DNA of 64,000 nt from a virus: IMG/VR virus record IMGVR_UViG_3300029309_000006, positions 1 through 64,000 of that record, one strand, 5' to 3'. The notes beneath the pieces were generated by a model. That model was not told the DNA's origin. It saw only the letters and a program-made list of their open reading frames with translations, and did no database searches. Of the stretch, positions 53,591-63,988 are shown piece by piece; the first letter of the stretch is position 1, and each line of letters starts with the position of its first letter. The translations under genes and the position numbers were made by a program.

Positions 53591-55045
53591 ATGGGATCAA
53601 TTAATCCAGTTTTCGGGGCGATCGTACCGTCTCCAAAACAACAAACTTTGCAAAATAATTATTTGGCTTTCAATGGTGGAGCAAATGATTTCGCTCAACA
53701 ATATCTTCCTGAGATATATGAGCAAGAAGTTGAAAGATATGGTAATAGAACCTTATCTGGATTCTTAAGAATGGTTGGCGCTGAAATGCCAATGACATCT
53801 GACCAAGTAATTTGGTCTGAACAAAACAGATTACACATATCTTATGATGGTGTAAACTTAGTCGGCCCAGGTGCTGCTACTGACATTTTCAACGTACCAA
53901 CAAACGCTGGAACTATACAAAATGCTGTTGCACCTAACGATACTATAGTTGTTATGAACCCTACTACAGGAGTAACAATTAAAGGTATTGTTGGAGCAGT
54001 TGCTGCTGGAGCTGGTAATACTACTAACCTAACTTGTTATCCTTTTTCACAAAATGACTGGGATGCTTTAGGTATTAATAATAGTGGATTAAAGCTATTT
54101 GTTTATGGTTCTTTATTTGCTAAAGGAACTGGAAGTGGAAGTTTTTCTATTGAGCCACAATTTACTCAATTTTCAAACCAGCCAATCATCATCAAAGATA
54201 GATATGCTATCAATGGATCTGATATGGCACAAATTGGTTGGGTAGAAGTTGCTACAGAAGACGGAACATCTGGTTACTTATGGTATTTAAAATCTGAGTC
54301 TGAAACAAGATTAAGATTTGATGACTATTTAGAAATGGCAATGATTGAATCAGAAAAAGCTGCTGCTGCTGCAGGTAAAAACTTTGCTGCTCAAGCTGCA
54401 AACGTTCCAGGCTTCTCTGCTTCTATTAATGCACATGGTTCTGAAGGTTTATTTGCTGCTATTGAAGCAAGAGGTAACGTATTTAGCGGATTCGCTGGAG
54501 CAACAGGTATCTCTGACTTTGACTCAGTACTTAAAAACCTTGACACACAAGGAGCTATTGAAGAAAACATGTTATTCTTGAATAGAGATATGGATTTAGA
54601 ATTTGATGACATGCTAGCACAAATTTCATCTGGATTATCAGGTGGAGTTGCTTATGGTTTGTTTGAAAACTCTGAAGATATGGCTTTAAATTTAGGTTTC
54701 TCTGGATTTAGAAGAGGTTCTTATGACTTCTATAAAACTAGCTGGAAATACTTAAATGATGCTTCAACAAGAGGTGCTGTTGCTGTAAATAACATCGACG
54801 GTGTCTTAATACCTGCTGGAACTTCAACTGTTTATGACCAAATTTTAGGTACAAACATTAGAAGACCTTTCTTGCACGTAAGATATAGAGCTTCACAATC
54901 TGACGATAGAAGATATAAAAACTGGGTTACTGGTACTGCTGGTGGCGCGTTTACATCTGAAATCGATGAGATGGTTGTTAACTTCTTATCTGAAAGATGT
55001 CTTGTTGTACAAGCTGCGAATAATTTCGTATTATTCAAAAACTAA
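53591..55045 (+). CDS. Major capsid protein (unit B)
   Basis: QQYLPEIYE, WSEQNRL, GFRRGSYDF, LSERC; biased codons; followed by a terminator. Confidence 0.8.
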   Translation: MGSINPVFGAIVPSPKQQTLQNNYLAFNGGANDFAQQYLPEIYEQEVERYGNRTLSGFLRMVGAEMPMTSDQVIWSEQNRLHISYDGVNLVGPGAATDIFNVPTNAGTIQNAVAPNDTIVVMNPTTGVTIKGIVGAVAAGAGNTTNLTCYPFSQNDWDALGINNSGLKLFVYGSLFAKGTGSGSFSIEPQFTQFSNQPIIIKDRYAINGSDMAQIGWVEVATEDGTSGYLWYLKSESETRLRFDDYLEMAMIESEKAAAAAGKNFAAQAANVPGFSASINAHGSEGLFAAIEARGNVFSGFAGATGISDFDSVLKNLDTQGAIEENMLFLNRDMDLEFDDMLAQISSGLSGGVAYGLFENSEDMALNLGFSGFRRGSYDFYKTSWKYLNDASTRGAVAVNNIDGVLIPAGTSTVYDQILGTNIRRPFLHVRYRASQSDDRRYKNWVTGTAGGAFTSEIDEMVVNFLSERCLVVQAANNFVLFKN

Positions 55046-55057
55046 GATTACTTATTA

Positions 55058-55097
55058 AAAGCACAGGGGCCTTCGGGTCCCTAGGCTTTTATTTTTT
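55058..55097 (+). terminator. Rho-independent terminator
   Basis: AGGGGCC-TTCG-GGTCCCT stem with a UUCG loop, then a T-rich tail. Confidence 0.8.
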
Positions 55098-55115
55098 ATT
55101 AAATTATATTATATC

Positions 55116-55889
55116 ATGGCAAAATTAAAAACAAAAGAAGCTCCAGCTAAAACAGGCTGGGAAATCAAGGATAGAACTTATTTTTTATTACATAATGAGT
55201 CTCCTTTAACATACAGACTATCATCAAGACATTCAACAAGGTATCCTTTACTATGGTTTGATGAAGTAAAAAATGAACAAAGAGAATTAAGATATGCAAC
55301 TAATCAAAACTCACCATTTGTAGATGAACAAAAAGGTGAGGCTACAATGGGGCATATAGTCTTTGAAAACGGGGTTTTAAACGTACCCAAAGAACAACAA
55401 AACTTACAAAAGCTTTTATCATTATATCACCCAAGAAAAGAAGCTACATATACAGAGTTTGAACCTACAGTTCAAGCAGAAACTGAAGTTGATAAATTAG
55501 AAGCTGAAATAAACGCTTTAATGGTAGCTAAAGAAATAGATATAGATCATGCTGAAGCTATATTACGAGTTGAAAAAGGATCATCTGTTTCTTCTATGAC
55601 TTCAAAAGAAATAAAAAGAGATTTACTTTTGATGGCTAAGAAAAACCCATCAAGCTTTATGTCTATTGTAAATGATGAAAATGTAGGTTTAAGAAATACT
55701 GCTATCAGAGCAACTGAACAAAACATAATTAAGCTTTCTCAAGATCAAAGAAGTTTCCATTGGGGATCAAATGATAGAAAACTTATGACTGTTCCTTTTG
55801 ATGAAAATCCATATTCAGCTTTAGCTGCTTGGTTTAAAACCGATGAAGGTGTTCAAGTTTTTAAAACGATAGAGAAAAAGTTACAATAA
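55116..55889 (+). CDS. Conserved hypothetical/structural protein
   Basis: RELRYATNQ.SPF.DEQ. Confidence 0.6.
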   Translation: MAKLKTKEAPAKTGWEIKDRTYFLLHNESPLTYRLSSRHSTRYPLLWFDEVKNEQRELRYATNQNSPFVDEQKGEATMGHIVFENGVLNVPKEQQNLQKLLSLYHPRKEATYTEFEPTVQAETEVDKLEAEINALMVAKEIDIDHAEAILRVEKGSSVSSMTSKEIKRDLLLMAKKNPSSFMSIVNDENVGLRNTAIRATEQNIIKLSQDQRSFHWGSNDRKLMTVPFDENPYSALAAWFKTDEGVQVFKTIEKKLQ

Positions 55890-55955
55890 CGTGTAACTAT
55901 AATTATAGTGAAGGGTCACTACGTGGCCCTAATCACTACAACTTAAAATATTAAA

Positions 55956-56930
55956 ATGGCAATAAACGTAAACACTGTATATCAAACCGTTTTATTAATA
56001 CTAAACAAAGAACAAAGAGGTTATATGACGCCTTTAGAGTTTAATAAAATAGGTGGACAATCTCAATTAGAAATATTTGAAACATATTTCGATACTTTAA
56101 ACCAACAGTTACGTGTGCCTCAACCTAGCGCTGATTACGCTGATAGAGTTATAAATCTTGACGAAAAAATATCTATATTTAAAGATCACGGAAACGCTAC
56201 ATCAATATCTTCAAGTAACGTTTTTAACTTACCCGAACAATTAGGACATAACAGCGGTAAAGCTTCTGTTATAGGGATGGTAACTGCTCCAACTGCTACA
56301 GCTGGCGGCACAACTCAATATGCTATTGGAAATAATGCTAATGGTATAACTGTTACTTCTGCTCAAATTCAAGATGGTGTTGTTGAAGTGTTTGGTGATG
56401 GTAGACTTATAAGCCCATCAGAATATAATATAAGTGGTTTAAATATAAATTTTCATTCACAACCTATAACTGGTTTAACATTATTAGTAAATTATTATCC
56501 TAAACAATTTTACAGATTAGGACAGGTTTTATTTCAAGTAGGTGCTTTACCTACAGAAGAGCTACAAAGAGTTGATAGAGGCGAGCTATATCACTTATTA
56601 AGCTCTAATTTAACTAAACCTACAACTACTAATCCAATTTACACTTACGAAAACAACCAAATAACAGTTTATCCAGCTAGTATTACTAATGGATTATCTG
56701 TAAGCTATATAAGAAAACCTATACCTCCAGTATGGAATTACAGCTCTGGATCTAACAATTCATATGTTTTCAACGCAAGCACTTCTTTTAATTTTGAATT
56801 ACACCCAGCAGAACAAACAGAGTTAATATTAAAAATATTATTATATGCTGGAGTTGTTGTAAAAAATCCTGAAATAATTCAAGTTGCTGCATCACAGATA
56901 CAACAAGAAAATATAAATCAAAAAAGTTAA
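55956..56930 (+). CDS. Head-tail adaptor/tail tubular protein (putative)
   Basis: NKEQRGYMTP.EFN, YIRKP..P.W, FELHP.E. Confidence 0.55.
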   Translation: MAINVNTVYQTVLLILNKEQRGYMTPLEFNKIGGQSQLEIFETYFDTLNQQLRVPQPSADYADRVINLDEKISIFKDHGNATSISSSNVFNLPEQLGHNSGKASVIGMVTAPTATAGGTTQYAIGNNANGITVTSAQIQDGVVEVFGDGRLISPSEYNISGLNINFHSQPITGLTLLVNYYPKQFYRLGQVLFQVGALPTEELQRVDRGELYHLLSSNLTKPTTTNPIYTYENNQITVYPASITNGLSVSYIRKPIPPVWNYSSGSNNSYVFNASTSFNFELHPAEQTELILKILLYAGVVVKNPEIIQVAASQIQQENINQKS

Positions 56931-56936
56931 TAAACT

Positions 56937-58361
56937 ATGCCTATACCTAATGGTGGTTTAATCACCGAAACTAATAGACAGTATTACGCTGGTGCTCAGC
57001 AGTTTACAATAACATCAACAGGTGTTGGACAGACTTTTACTAGTACATTTGATACAAGTTTAGTTTTTGGTAATTCTGATCCTGCTACTAATGATTATAA
57101 TTTAAACAATTTTAAAATATTTACTAGTCCTGACGCTAATAATTGGACAGAGTTAAACCCAACTTCTGCTATAGCTTCTACAACTGGTACAAATACAGCT
57201 GCACCTGTTAACGTAGGTAATCCAACAAGTATTCCTTTAACTGTTACTAATGCAAACATTTTAAAAGACATGGTTGTTGTAGATGCTAACACAGGTGTAT
57301 TATACGGAACAGTATTAGTAGATCTTCCTGTTGGAAACACTAACGTAAGCTGTAGTATAACAACTCAAATACCACCTTCTACATCATTAAGGTTTCAATT
57401 TGCAAGCCCTTGGACAGAAGCAAATAATATAGTAACTGTTAATGCAAAATTAACATCTGGTAATTATTTAAAAATACAATTAAACGAAGATACTGTTTGG
57501 GATTCACATGGTAGTTATGAGTATGTTAAAATTGAAGATATAGTTAATAACTTTTTAATAGCTTATGTTGGCCAAGGTAAACTTATTCCAAGTGTAAATA
57601 GAAATGATGTTATATTTCACGTTAAAAGAGGTTTACAAGAGTTTAGTTATGATACTTTAAAAAGTGTTAGATCACAAGAATTAACAGTTCCGCCTAATTT
57701 ATCTATAATAATGCCACAAGACTACGTTAACTACGTTAGACTTTCGTTTATAGATACTCAAGGAGTACAACACACGATTTACCCTGCAAATAAGTTAACA
57801 TTAAGACCTTATGCAACCCCGCTGCAAGACAGCGAAGGTGTTCCAACACAAGACAGTGTTAACACTAATTTACAAGGCACTTCAAGAACAACTAAAGCTT
57901 GGGACGAAAATAATCCTAAAAATATTAGTGGCGCTTATATAAATGATTACGAAATAGCAGATGTATATTGGAAAACTTATTATGATGGTGCTTTAGGTCA
58001 AAGATATGGTTTAAACCCTGAAACAAGCCAAAGAAACGGTTGGTTTATAATAGATGATAGAAAAGGTGTTTTTGCTTTTTCAAATGATTTAAAAGAAAAA
58101 CTAATAATATTAGAATATATATCAGACGGTAATGCTTATGGTTTAGATCAAAGAATACCAAAAATGGCTGAAGAAGCTTTATATGCACATGTTTTATATT
58201 CTATATTGTCAACAAGCGTTGGTGTACAAGAATATATAGTTCAAAGGTTTAAAAAAGAAAAAAGTGCTAAATTAAGAAATGCTAAAATTAGATTATCAAA
58301 CATTAAACTTGACCAAATAGTTCAGGTTATGAGAAATAAATCTAAATGGATTAAATATTAA
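56937..58361 (+). CDS. Tail ring/structural protein
   Basis: KRGLQEFSYD, PQDYVNYV, ILEYISDG, RNAKIRLSN. Confidence 0.55.
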   Translation: MPIPNGGLITETNRQYYAGAQQFTITSTGVGQTFTSTFDTSLVFGNSDPATNDYNLNNFKIFTSPDANNWTELNPTSAIASTTGTNTAAPVNVGNPTSIPLTVTNANILKDMVVVDANTGVLYGTVLVDLPVGNTNVSCSITTQIPPSTSLRFQFASPWTEANNIVTVNAKLTSGNYLKIQLNEDTVWDSHGSYEYVKIEDIVNNFLIAYVGQGKLIPSVNRNDVIFHVKRGLQEFSYDTLKSVRSQELTVPPNLSIIMPQDYVNYVRLSFIDTQGVQHTIYPANKLTLRPYATPLQDSEGVPTQDSVNTNLQGTSRTTKAWDENNPKNISGAYINDYEIADVYWKTYYDGALGQRYGLNPETSQRNGWFIIDDRKGVFAFSNDLKEKLIILEYISDGNAYGLDQRIPKMAEEALYAHVLYSILSTSVGVQEYIVQRFKKEKSAKLRNAKIRLSNIKLDQIVQVMRNKSKWIKY

Positions 58362-58363
58362 AT

Positions 58364-61300
58364 ATGGCTGAAATAAAAAATAGTTTCTTAAAGTCCAAGA
58401 TGAATAAAGACTTGGACGATAGGTTAATACCTAACGGTGAATATCGCGATGCGCAGAATATATCTGTAGGTAAATCAGAAGCCGATGATATAGGTGCTCT
58501 TGAAACTATTAGAGGTAATGAATTAGTTTTAGATTTTGGATTAAGTCATACCGATGTAGAAGTTATAGGCTACAAAAGTATTGATTCAAGAAATATTATA
58601 GTAGTTTATTTAACTAATAATACAGATCATTACATATATAGTTATACACCTGGCCAAAATAATGCAACGCTTTTAGTTACAGGATCTTTTTTAAATTTTT
58701 CAAAAGATAGTCCTATAACAGGTATAAATATTATAGAAAGCTTATTGTTTTGGACAGACAACAGAAATCAACCTAGAAAAATTAATTTAGATTTAACGGC
58801 AAACGGAACATATTATACTGAAGAAAACCACATTTCAGTAGCTAAATATAATCCTTATCAACCAATAAGCTTATTAAAAAAAATAAGTAAAACAACAACT
58901 TCAACAAGTCCTACATCTACATTATTAATAGCTGATACTAGTGGAATAGAAAAAGGTATGGCTGTTGTAGAATATGGAAACGCTGCTATAGAACCTCAAG
59001 ACTATATATATGTAACAAATATAGTTGCAAACACTTCTGTTACTTTAAGCTCATCAGTTACAGGTGTAGCTAGCGGAGATACAATACACTTCTTGTCTAC
59101 GACTATGACTGGAGAAGAAATAACTTTTAATTTTAACAATGGAAGCCCTGCTACATGGCCTGGAGATCCTGATTTTTTAGAAACAAAATTTGTAAGATTA
59201 AGCTATAGGTTTGAGTTTGATGATGGAGAATATTCTTTAATGGCTCCGTTTACTCAAATAGCATTTATACCTAAACAAAAAGGTTATTTTTTAGAAGGTC
59301 AAGAAAAAGATTCATTTAGAAGTACTGTAGTTGATTTTATGGAAAATGGTGTACAAAATATAGAACTACTTATTCCTTTTCCAGACACATTAAATAAAGT
59401 TCAACCATCAGTAGGAGCTTCTTACAAAATAAAAGCATTAGATATACTTTATAAAGAGTCAGATTCTACAGCTGTAAAAGTGGTAGATACTATTGATTAT
59501 GATGATGCAGATGAAGCTGGTAATAATTGGACAGCTACTAGCACTACAAATATTTACACTTACAATTATCAATCAAGAAAACCATTTAGAACTTTACCTT
59601 CTGCTCAAACAACTAGAGTTTATGACAAAGTACCTGTTAAAGCTTTAGCTCAAGAAAGTTCAGGTAATAGAATTATATATGGTAATTTTTTAGATAAATA
59701 TAGTCCACCTGCTTTTTTAAACTATATAGTAGGCGTTGGTCCTAAATCTCAAACTATAGATTATTATAACTGGGTTGAATATCCTAATCACTCTGTTAAG
59801 CAAAACAGAAACTATCAAGTTGGTTTTGTTTTAATAGATAAGTTTGGTAGACAATCAGATGTTGTGTTATCACAAGTTAAAACAGCAACAACCACTACAG
59901 ATGGTGTTGTGTATGGTGGTGATACAATATATAGCCCTTATAATACTAGTGCAAATCAAGGATCTATAAGAAACTGGTTTGGAGATGCTTTAAAAATAGA
60001 TTTACGCGAACCAATAACTTCAGTTGTTAATTCTTCACAAGGAACTCCTGGTTTATATGCTGTACAAATAGGAGACGGGTATAATACTTTTCAATCATCA
60101 GCAAGTGACCAACCAACTATTTCAGGAAATACTTACGTTTTTAAGTTAGCTGCTAACCAAACAGATATTCCAGCTTTAAACTCAAGCTTAGAAGGAGAAT
60201 TTACAGACTATGTAAAAGTAACAAACGTACAGGTAAACACTCCTACTGCTGGAAAATATACAATTACAACAGATGGACAAGTAAGCTCTAATTATTTACA
60301 ACAATTACCTTCAGGTCCTGATGTAAAATATTCTTACAATATAAACTCTAAAGGCTGGTATTCTTATAAAATAGTAGTAAAACAAACAGAGCAAGATTAC
60401 TATAATGTTTATTTACCTGGTATTTTAGCTGGTTATCCTGGCCAACCATTACCTACAACAACAACTGAAAACCAAGCCTCAAATAGTTTTTATTTAAATT
60501 TAGGTGGAGGAACAAAAGACAATGATTTAATACAAGTAGGCATGGTTGCCACGAGTGATGATCCTGCTGAAATAGTAGATAACCCAACAATTGTTACAAA
60601 AAAAGATGCCTCTAACTATACATTTAGCACAACGCAAAGCATAGGCGTAGATGAGTTATTTTTTTACAGGATGCCAGGAGATTTAGCTTTATTTCCAAGC
60701 GATGAAGTAGGTAAAACAGCTAATATAGTACTTTTAAATGACAATATAAATAAAGTTCCGAGAGATTTAGTTGAAATAGGCCCTGAACAAAGACAATTTA
60801 GAAGTTCTGTTAAGCTTTACGGTAGAGTGTCTAACGATTTTATTGAAAGCAATAGACAATATTATCCAGGAATTAATAATCATTTAGCTATTAGTATTTC
60901 TACAGCTAGTGATTCAAACTTTAAACAAGAAACTATTTTAGATCAAAACTATCAAAGTTTATATCAATTTGATACTAACCCTTTAATAGCTAGATTAGAA
61001 GTAAACACAGAGCTTTCAACAATAGCAACATCTTCTAACTCACCAGCAGCAGGCGCAGCACAAAACTTAACTATATCAAGCGCTCCAACAGTTCCAGTTG
61101 AAGTTGGTATGATAGTAACCTGTAACGGAGGAGACTCAACAGGTATAGCAGTAGGTACTGTTTATGGAGTAGTAACAGCTATAATAAGTGATACTTCTTT
61201 TACATGTGATTTGTCTGTAGGTCCTAATGGTAACCCTAGTTTAAAGTTTATTAAAACAATAGGTTCTCCTAATGGTAGATCTAGAGTACAAGATTTTACT

Positions 61301-62389
61301 TTAATGAAACCAACTTTAGCTATATATGAAACAGAAGCTACAGAATCTTTGTTAGATATATTTTGGGAAACAACTAGTGTAGGCTTAATATCTACATTAA
61401 ACGATGCTGTAAACACAAGTTATGAAGGCGCTACAGGTTGGTCATCTCATAATTCTTCAGCTTTTACTGAAGCAATGTCTGGTAATTTTTTAACTGGATT
61501 ATCGCCTGTAGATCAGCTAGGTAATAACTTAACTAACACTTCTTCTTCTGCTTTAACAGCATTAGATGGTGCTGGAAATGATGTTTCAAATCAGTTTTCA
61601 ATAACAAGAATAGGTGGTTCGCCTCCATATACATATAACATAGCAAAAGTAGGTGATAATTTTGTTTACAACGAAAATGCTAGCTTAAGAACTTATACGC
61701 TTTCTGCTTCAATAACAAACTTAGCTAACAATGTTGTATCAGGAGCTTTAAACATAAACGTTTCTTTACAAAATGTTCAACCTGTTATAAATGGTGGTGT
61801 TGCTTTATCACCAATAACAAATGTAAACCAAGCTTTTACAGGAGCTTTAACTACTATAACTGGTGTAAACGGTGCTGCTAATGCCACATTAAAATTACAA
61901 GAATTAAAGTTTAGTATATCTGCAGGTAACTCAGGTAATTATTTTAGTATAAATGAAACAACAGGTGTTTTATCAAAAATAAATGGAACATCAAACTCAG
62001 TAGGAACACATAATTTAACTATAAAACTAGAAGATGCTAATGGTAATACTTCTAGTGGTTCGTTAAGTGCTACAGCTACTCAACAAATTGTTGTAAACTC
62101 CAGTATTATTGGTAATGCTTTTACTGCTTCTGATCCAGGTGTTTTTAATCAAACTTGTAATATTAATGGAGCTGTAAATGCTACATGTGGAACTGTTACA
62201 TATTATAACCAAACTAGTTTATCTCCTAGCCTTAATGATATAATAAGAACTGGCCCTAATGGTGCTAGCTCACCTTTAGCATCTGCAGGATATTATTCAT
62301 ATGCTTGTGGTCAAACAGGTGTTGGAAACAGAAGGTTCTTTAGAATAGCTGGAAATGATGGTAAAATAACACAGGTAAGTACTTGTTAA
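58364..62389 (+). CDS. Tail stabilisation/nozzle-like protein with Ig/cadherin-like C-terminal domains
   Basis: MNKDLDDRL.P.GEYRDA.N, LLFWTDN.NQPRKIN, GNRIIYGN; ISAGNSGNYFSINETTG cadherin-like. Confidence 0.6.
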   Translation: MAEIKNSFLKSKMNKDLDDRLIPNGEYRDAQNISVGKSEADDIGALETIRGNELVLDFGLSHTDVEVIGYKSIDSRNIIVVYLTNNTDHYIYSYTPGQNNATLLVTGSFLNFSKDSPITGINIIESLLFWTDNRNQPRKINLDLTANGTYYTEENHISVAKYNPYQPISLLKKISKTTTSTSPTSTLLIADTSGIEKGMAVVEYGNAAIEPQDYIYVTNIVANTSVTLSSSVTGVASGDTIHFLSTTMTGEEITFNFNNGSPATWPGDPDFLETKFVRLSYRFEFDDGEYSLMAPFTQIAFIPKQKGYFLEGQEKDSFRSTVVDFMENGVQNIELLIPFPDTLNKVQPSVGASYKIKALDILYKESDSTAVKVVDTIDYDDADEAGNNWTATSTTNIYTYNYQSRKPFRTLPSAQTTRVYDKVPVKALAQESSGNRIIYGNFLDKYSPPAFLNYIVGVGPKSQTIDYYNWVEYPNHSVKQNRNYQVGFVLIDKFGRQSDVVLSQVKTATTTTDGVVYGGDTIYSPYNTSANQGSIRNWFGDALKIDLREPITSVVNSSQGTPGLYAVQIGDGYNTFQSSASDQPTISGNTYVFKLAANQTDIPALNSSLEGEFTDYVKVTNVQVNTPTAGKYTITTDGQVSSNYLQQLPSGPDVKYSYNINSKGWYSYKIVVKQTEQDYYNVYLPGILAGYPGQPLPTTTTENQASNSFYLNLGGGTKDNDLIQVGMVATSDDPAEIVDNPTIVTKKDASNYTFSTTQSIGVDELFFYRMPGDLALFPSDEVGKTANIVLLNDNINKVPRDLVEIGPEQRQFRSSVKLYGRVSNDFIESNRQYYPGINNHLAISISTASDSNFKQETILDQNYQSLYQFDTNPLIARLEVNTELSTIATSSNSPAAGAAQNLTISSAPTVPVEVGMIVTCNGGDSTGIAVGTVYGVVTAIISDTSFTCDLSVGPNGNPSLKFIKTIGSPNGRSRVQDFTLMKPTLAIYETEATESLLDIFWETTSVGLISTLNDAVNTSYEGATGWSSHNSSAFTEAMSGNFLTGLSPVDQLGNNLTNTSSSALTALDGAGNDVSNQFSITRIGGSPPYTYNIAKVGDNFVYNENASLRTYTLSASITNLANNVVSGALNINVSLQNVQPVINGGVALSPITNVNQAFTGALTTITGVNGAANATLKLQELKFSISAGNSGNYFSINETTGVLSKINGTSNSVGTHNLTIKLEDANGNTSSGSLSATATQQIVVNSSIIGNAFTASDPGVFNQTCNINGAVNATCGTVTYYNQTSLSPSLNDIIRTGPNGASSPLASAGYYSYACGQTGVGNRRFFRIAGNDGKITQVSTC

Positions 62390-62400
62390 AATAAGTGATA
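62375..62400 (+). promoter_or_regulatory. Unit B promoter-like motif copy 2
   Basis: GTAAGT-N14-GTGATA before the ATG at 62408. Confidence 0.5.
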
Positions 62401-62407
62401 ATAAAAT

Positions 62408-63988
62408 ATGGCTGTAATAGAAGTAAAATACTTTAATACTTTTTTAATTAAAAAGATAGCTAATGTTGTTGCTGCAAGCCCGCAGCCTACAGCACCGTTT
62501 GCTGATGTTCCAGGCTCTTATAGTGCTAATACTGTTGAAGACTGGTATGTAGAAGAATCAAGGATAAAAGGTGGTTATAATAACACTACTGTTGACTTTG
62601 GTGTTAAGGCTTATTTAGATGAAGAACATCCTCTTCAACAACATAGATTTAACACGTTAATATATTCTGGAATATATAATTCAAGAACAGGTGTAAACAA
62701 TACTAATCAATTTTCTGTAGCAGAAGACATTACAAGATCTGTAGATCCTGTAAACGGAAGTATTCAAAAGCTATATGCAGAAGATACTAACTTAATAATT
62801 TTTCAAGAAGATAAAGTAAGTAGAGCTTTAATAGATAAAGATGCTATTTATTCAGCAGAAGGCAACGCAACAGTTACTTCAGCTAGATTAGTAATAGGTC
62901 AAATAGTTCCTTACGCTGGAGAATATGGTATAAGTACTGATCCATTTAGTTTTGCTGTTTATGGTTATAGAAAATATTTTACAGACAAAAAAAGAGGATG
63001 CGTACTAAGGCTTTCTAGTGGAGGAGATATTATAGAAATATCTGGTTATGGTATGCATGATTTTTTTAGAGATGAATTAAAAGATGCTACAAGAATAGTT
63101 GGTGGTTGGGATTCATATACTAAAAACTACGTTTTATCTTTACAGAACACACAATATAGAACTGGAACTGGTCAAGTTGCTCAAACAAACAATGATGTAA
63201 CTAATACTGGCAATAACGTGCCTTTAATACTTAACGCTGGTAACACTAATATAGTTCCAGGTATGCGTATATATTCTTATACACCGAGTGGTCAAGTAAC
63301 TGGAACTTTATACGGAGAAGTTGTTTCTGTAATACAAACAACCAACCCTGCTAAATTTACTTGTAATATAGGTACTGAAATACCTGGTAATCAACCAGTT
63401 ATATTTTGGACTCAAACAGGTGGTTTTAAAACATTATCATTTGATGAAAGTGTTTTAGGTTGGACTAGCTTTTATAGCTATGAACCTGTTTTTATAACTA
63501 GCCTAGTAAGTGATTTTTACAGTTTTTATAACACTAGAATATACAAGCAAAATACCGGTAATTATGGCCAATATTATGGTATTTGTTATGACTCAGATGT
63601 TACTGTAGTTTTAAACAGTGATCCATCTTTAGTAAAAAACTTTAAAACTCTTAATTATGAAGGTGATGATGGTTGGCAAGTTGAATCTATGGTCGCTAGT
63701 TCAGGTGATACTATATTCCCTATACCTAGATATACTTTTCAACAAACACTAATAGATTTAGAAAATAGTATGTTTTCTACATCATTTAAGAAAAAAGAAA
63801 ACAAATACTTTGCAAATTTAATAAATAATTCAACTGTAACAGAAGGTGAAATTATATTTGGCCAAGACTCTTCTGGTATTAAAGGGTTTTTCTCTACAGT
63901 GGTACTAAAATTAAACAATGTGAATTACAAAACAATAAAAAAAGAATTATTTGCGGTGTCTAGTGATGTCGTAGAATCATCGTATTAA
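62408..63988 (+). CDS. Tail stabilisation protein (beta-propeller-like)
   Basis: EESRI.GG.N, GSIQKL, YAGEYGIS.DP, KNFKTLNYEG, KKENKYF. Confidence 0.6.
   Translation: MAVIEVKYFNTFLIKKIANVVAASPQPTAPFADVPGSYSANTVEDWYVEESRIKGGYNNTTVDFGVKAYLDEEHPLQQHRFNTLIYSGIYNSRTGVNNTNQFSVAEDITRSVDPVNGSIQKLYAEDTNLIIFQEDKVSRALIDKDAIYSAEGNATVTSARLVIGQIVPYAGEYGISTDPFSFAVYGYRKYFTDKKRGCVLRLSSGGDIIEISGYGMHDFFRDELKDATRIVGGWDSYTKNYVLSLQNTQYRTGTGQVAQTNNDVTNTGNNVPLILNAGNTNIVPGMRIYSYTPSGQVTGTLYGEVVSVIQTTNPAKFTCNIGTEIPGNQPVIFWTQTGGFKTLSFDESVLGWTSFYSYEPVFITSLVSDFYSFYNTRIYKQNTGNYGQYYGICYDSDVTVVLNSDPSLVKNFKTLNYEGDDGWQVESMVASSGDTIFPIPRYTFQQTLIDLENSMFSTSFKKKENKYFANLINNSTVTEGEIIFGQDSSGIKGFFSTVVLKLNNVNYKTIKKELFAVSSDVVESSY

Noticed and set aside
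54345-54581. 78-aa alternative-frame ORF in the unit B MCP gene (also 1654..1863 in the fibre)
   Set aside because: Short, and explained by runs of GCT/GAT codons reading as Leu/Met in the +1 frame. No start context or protein-like features.
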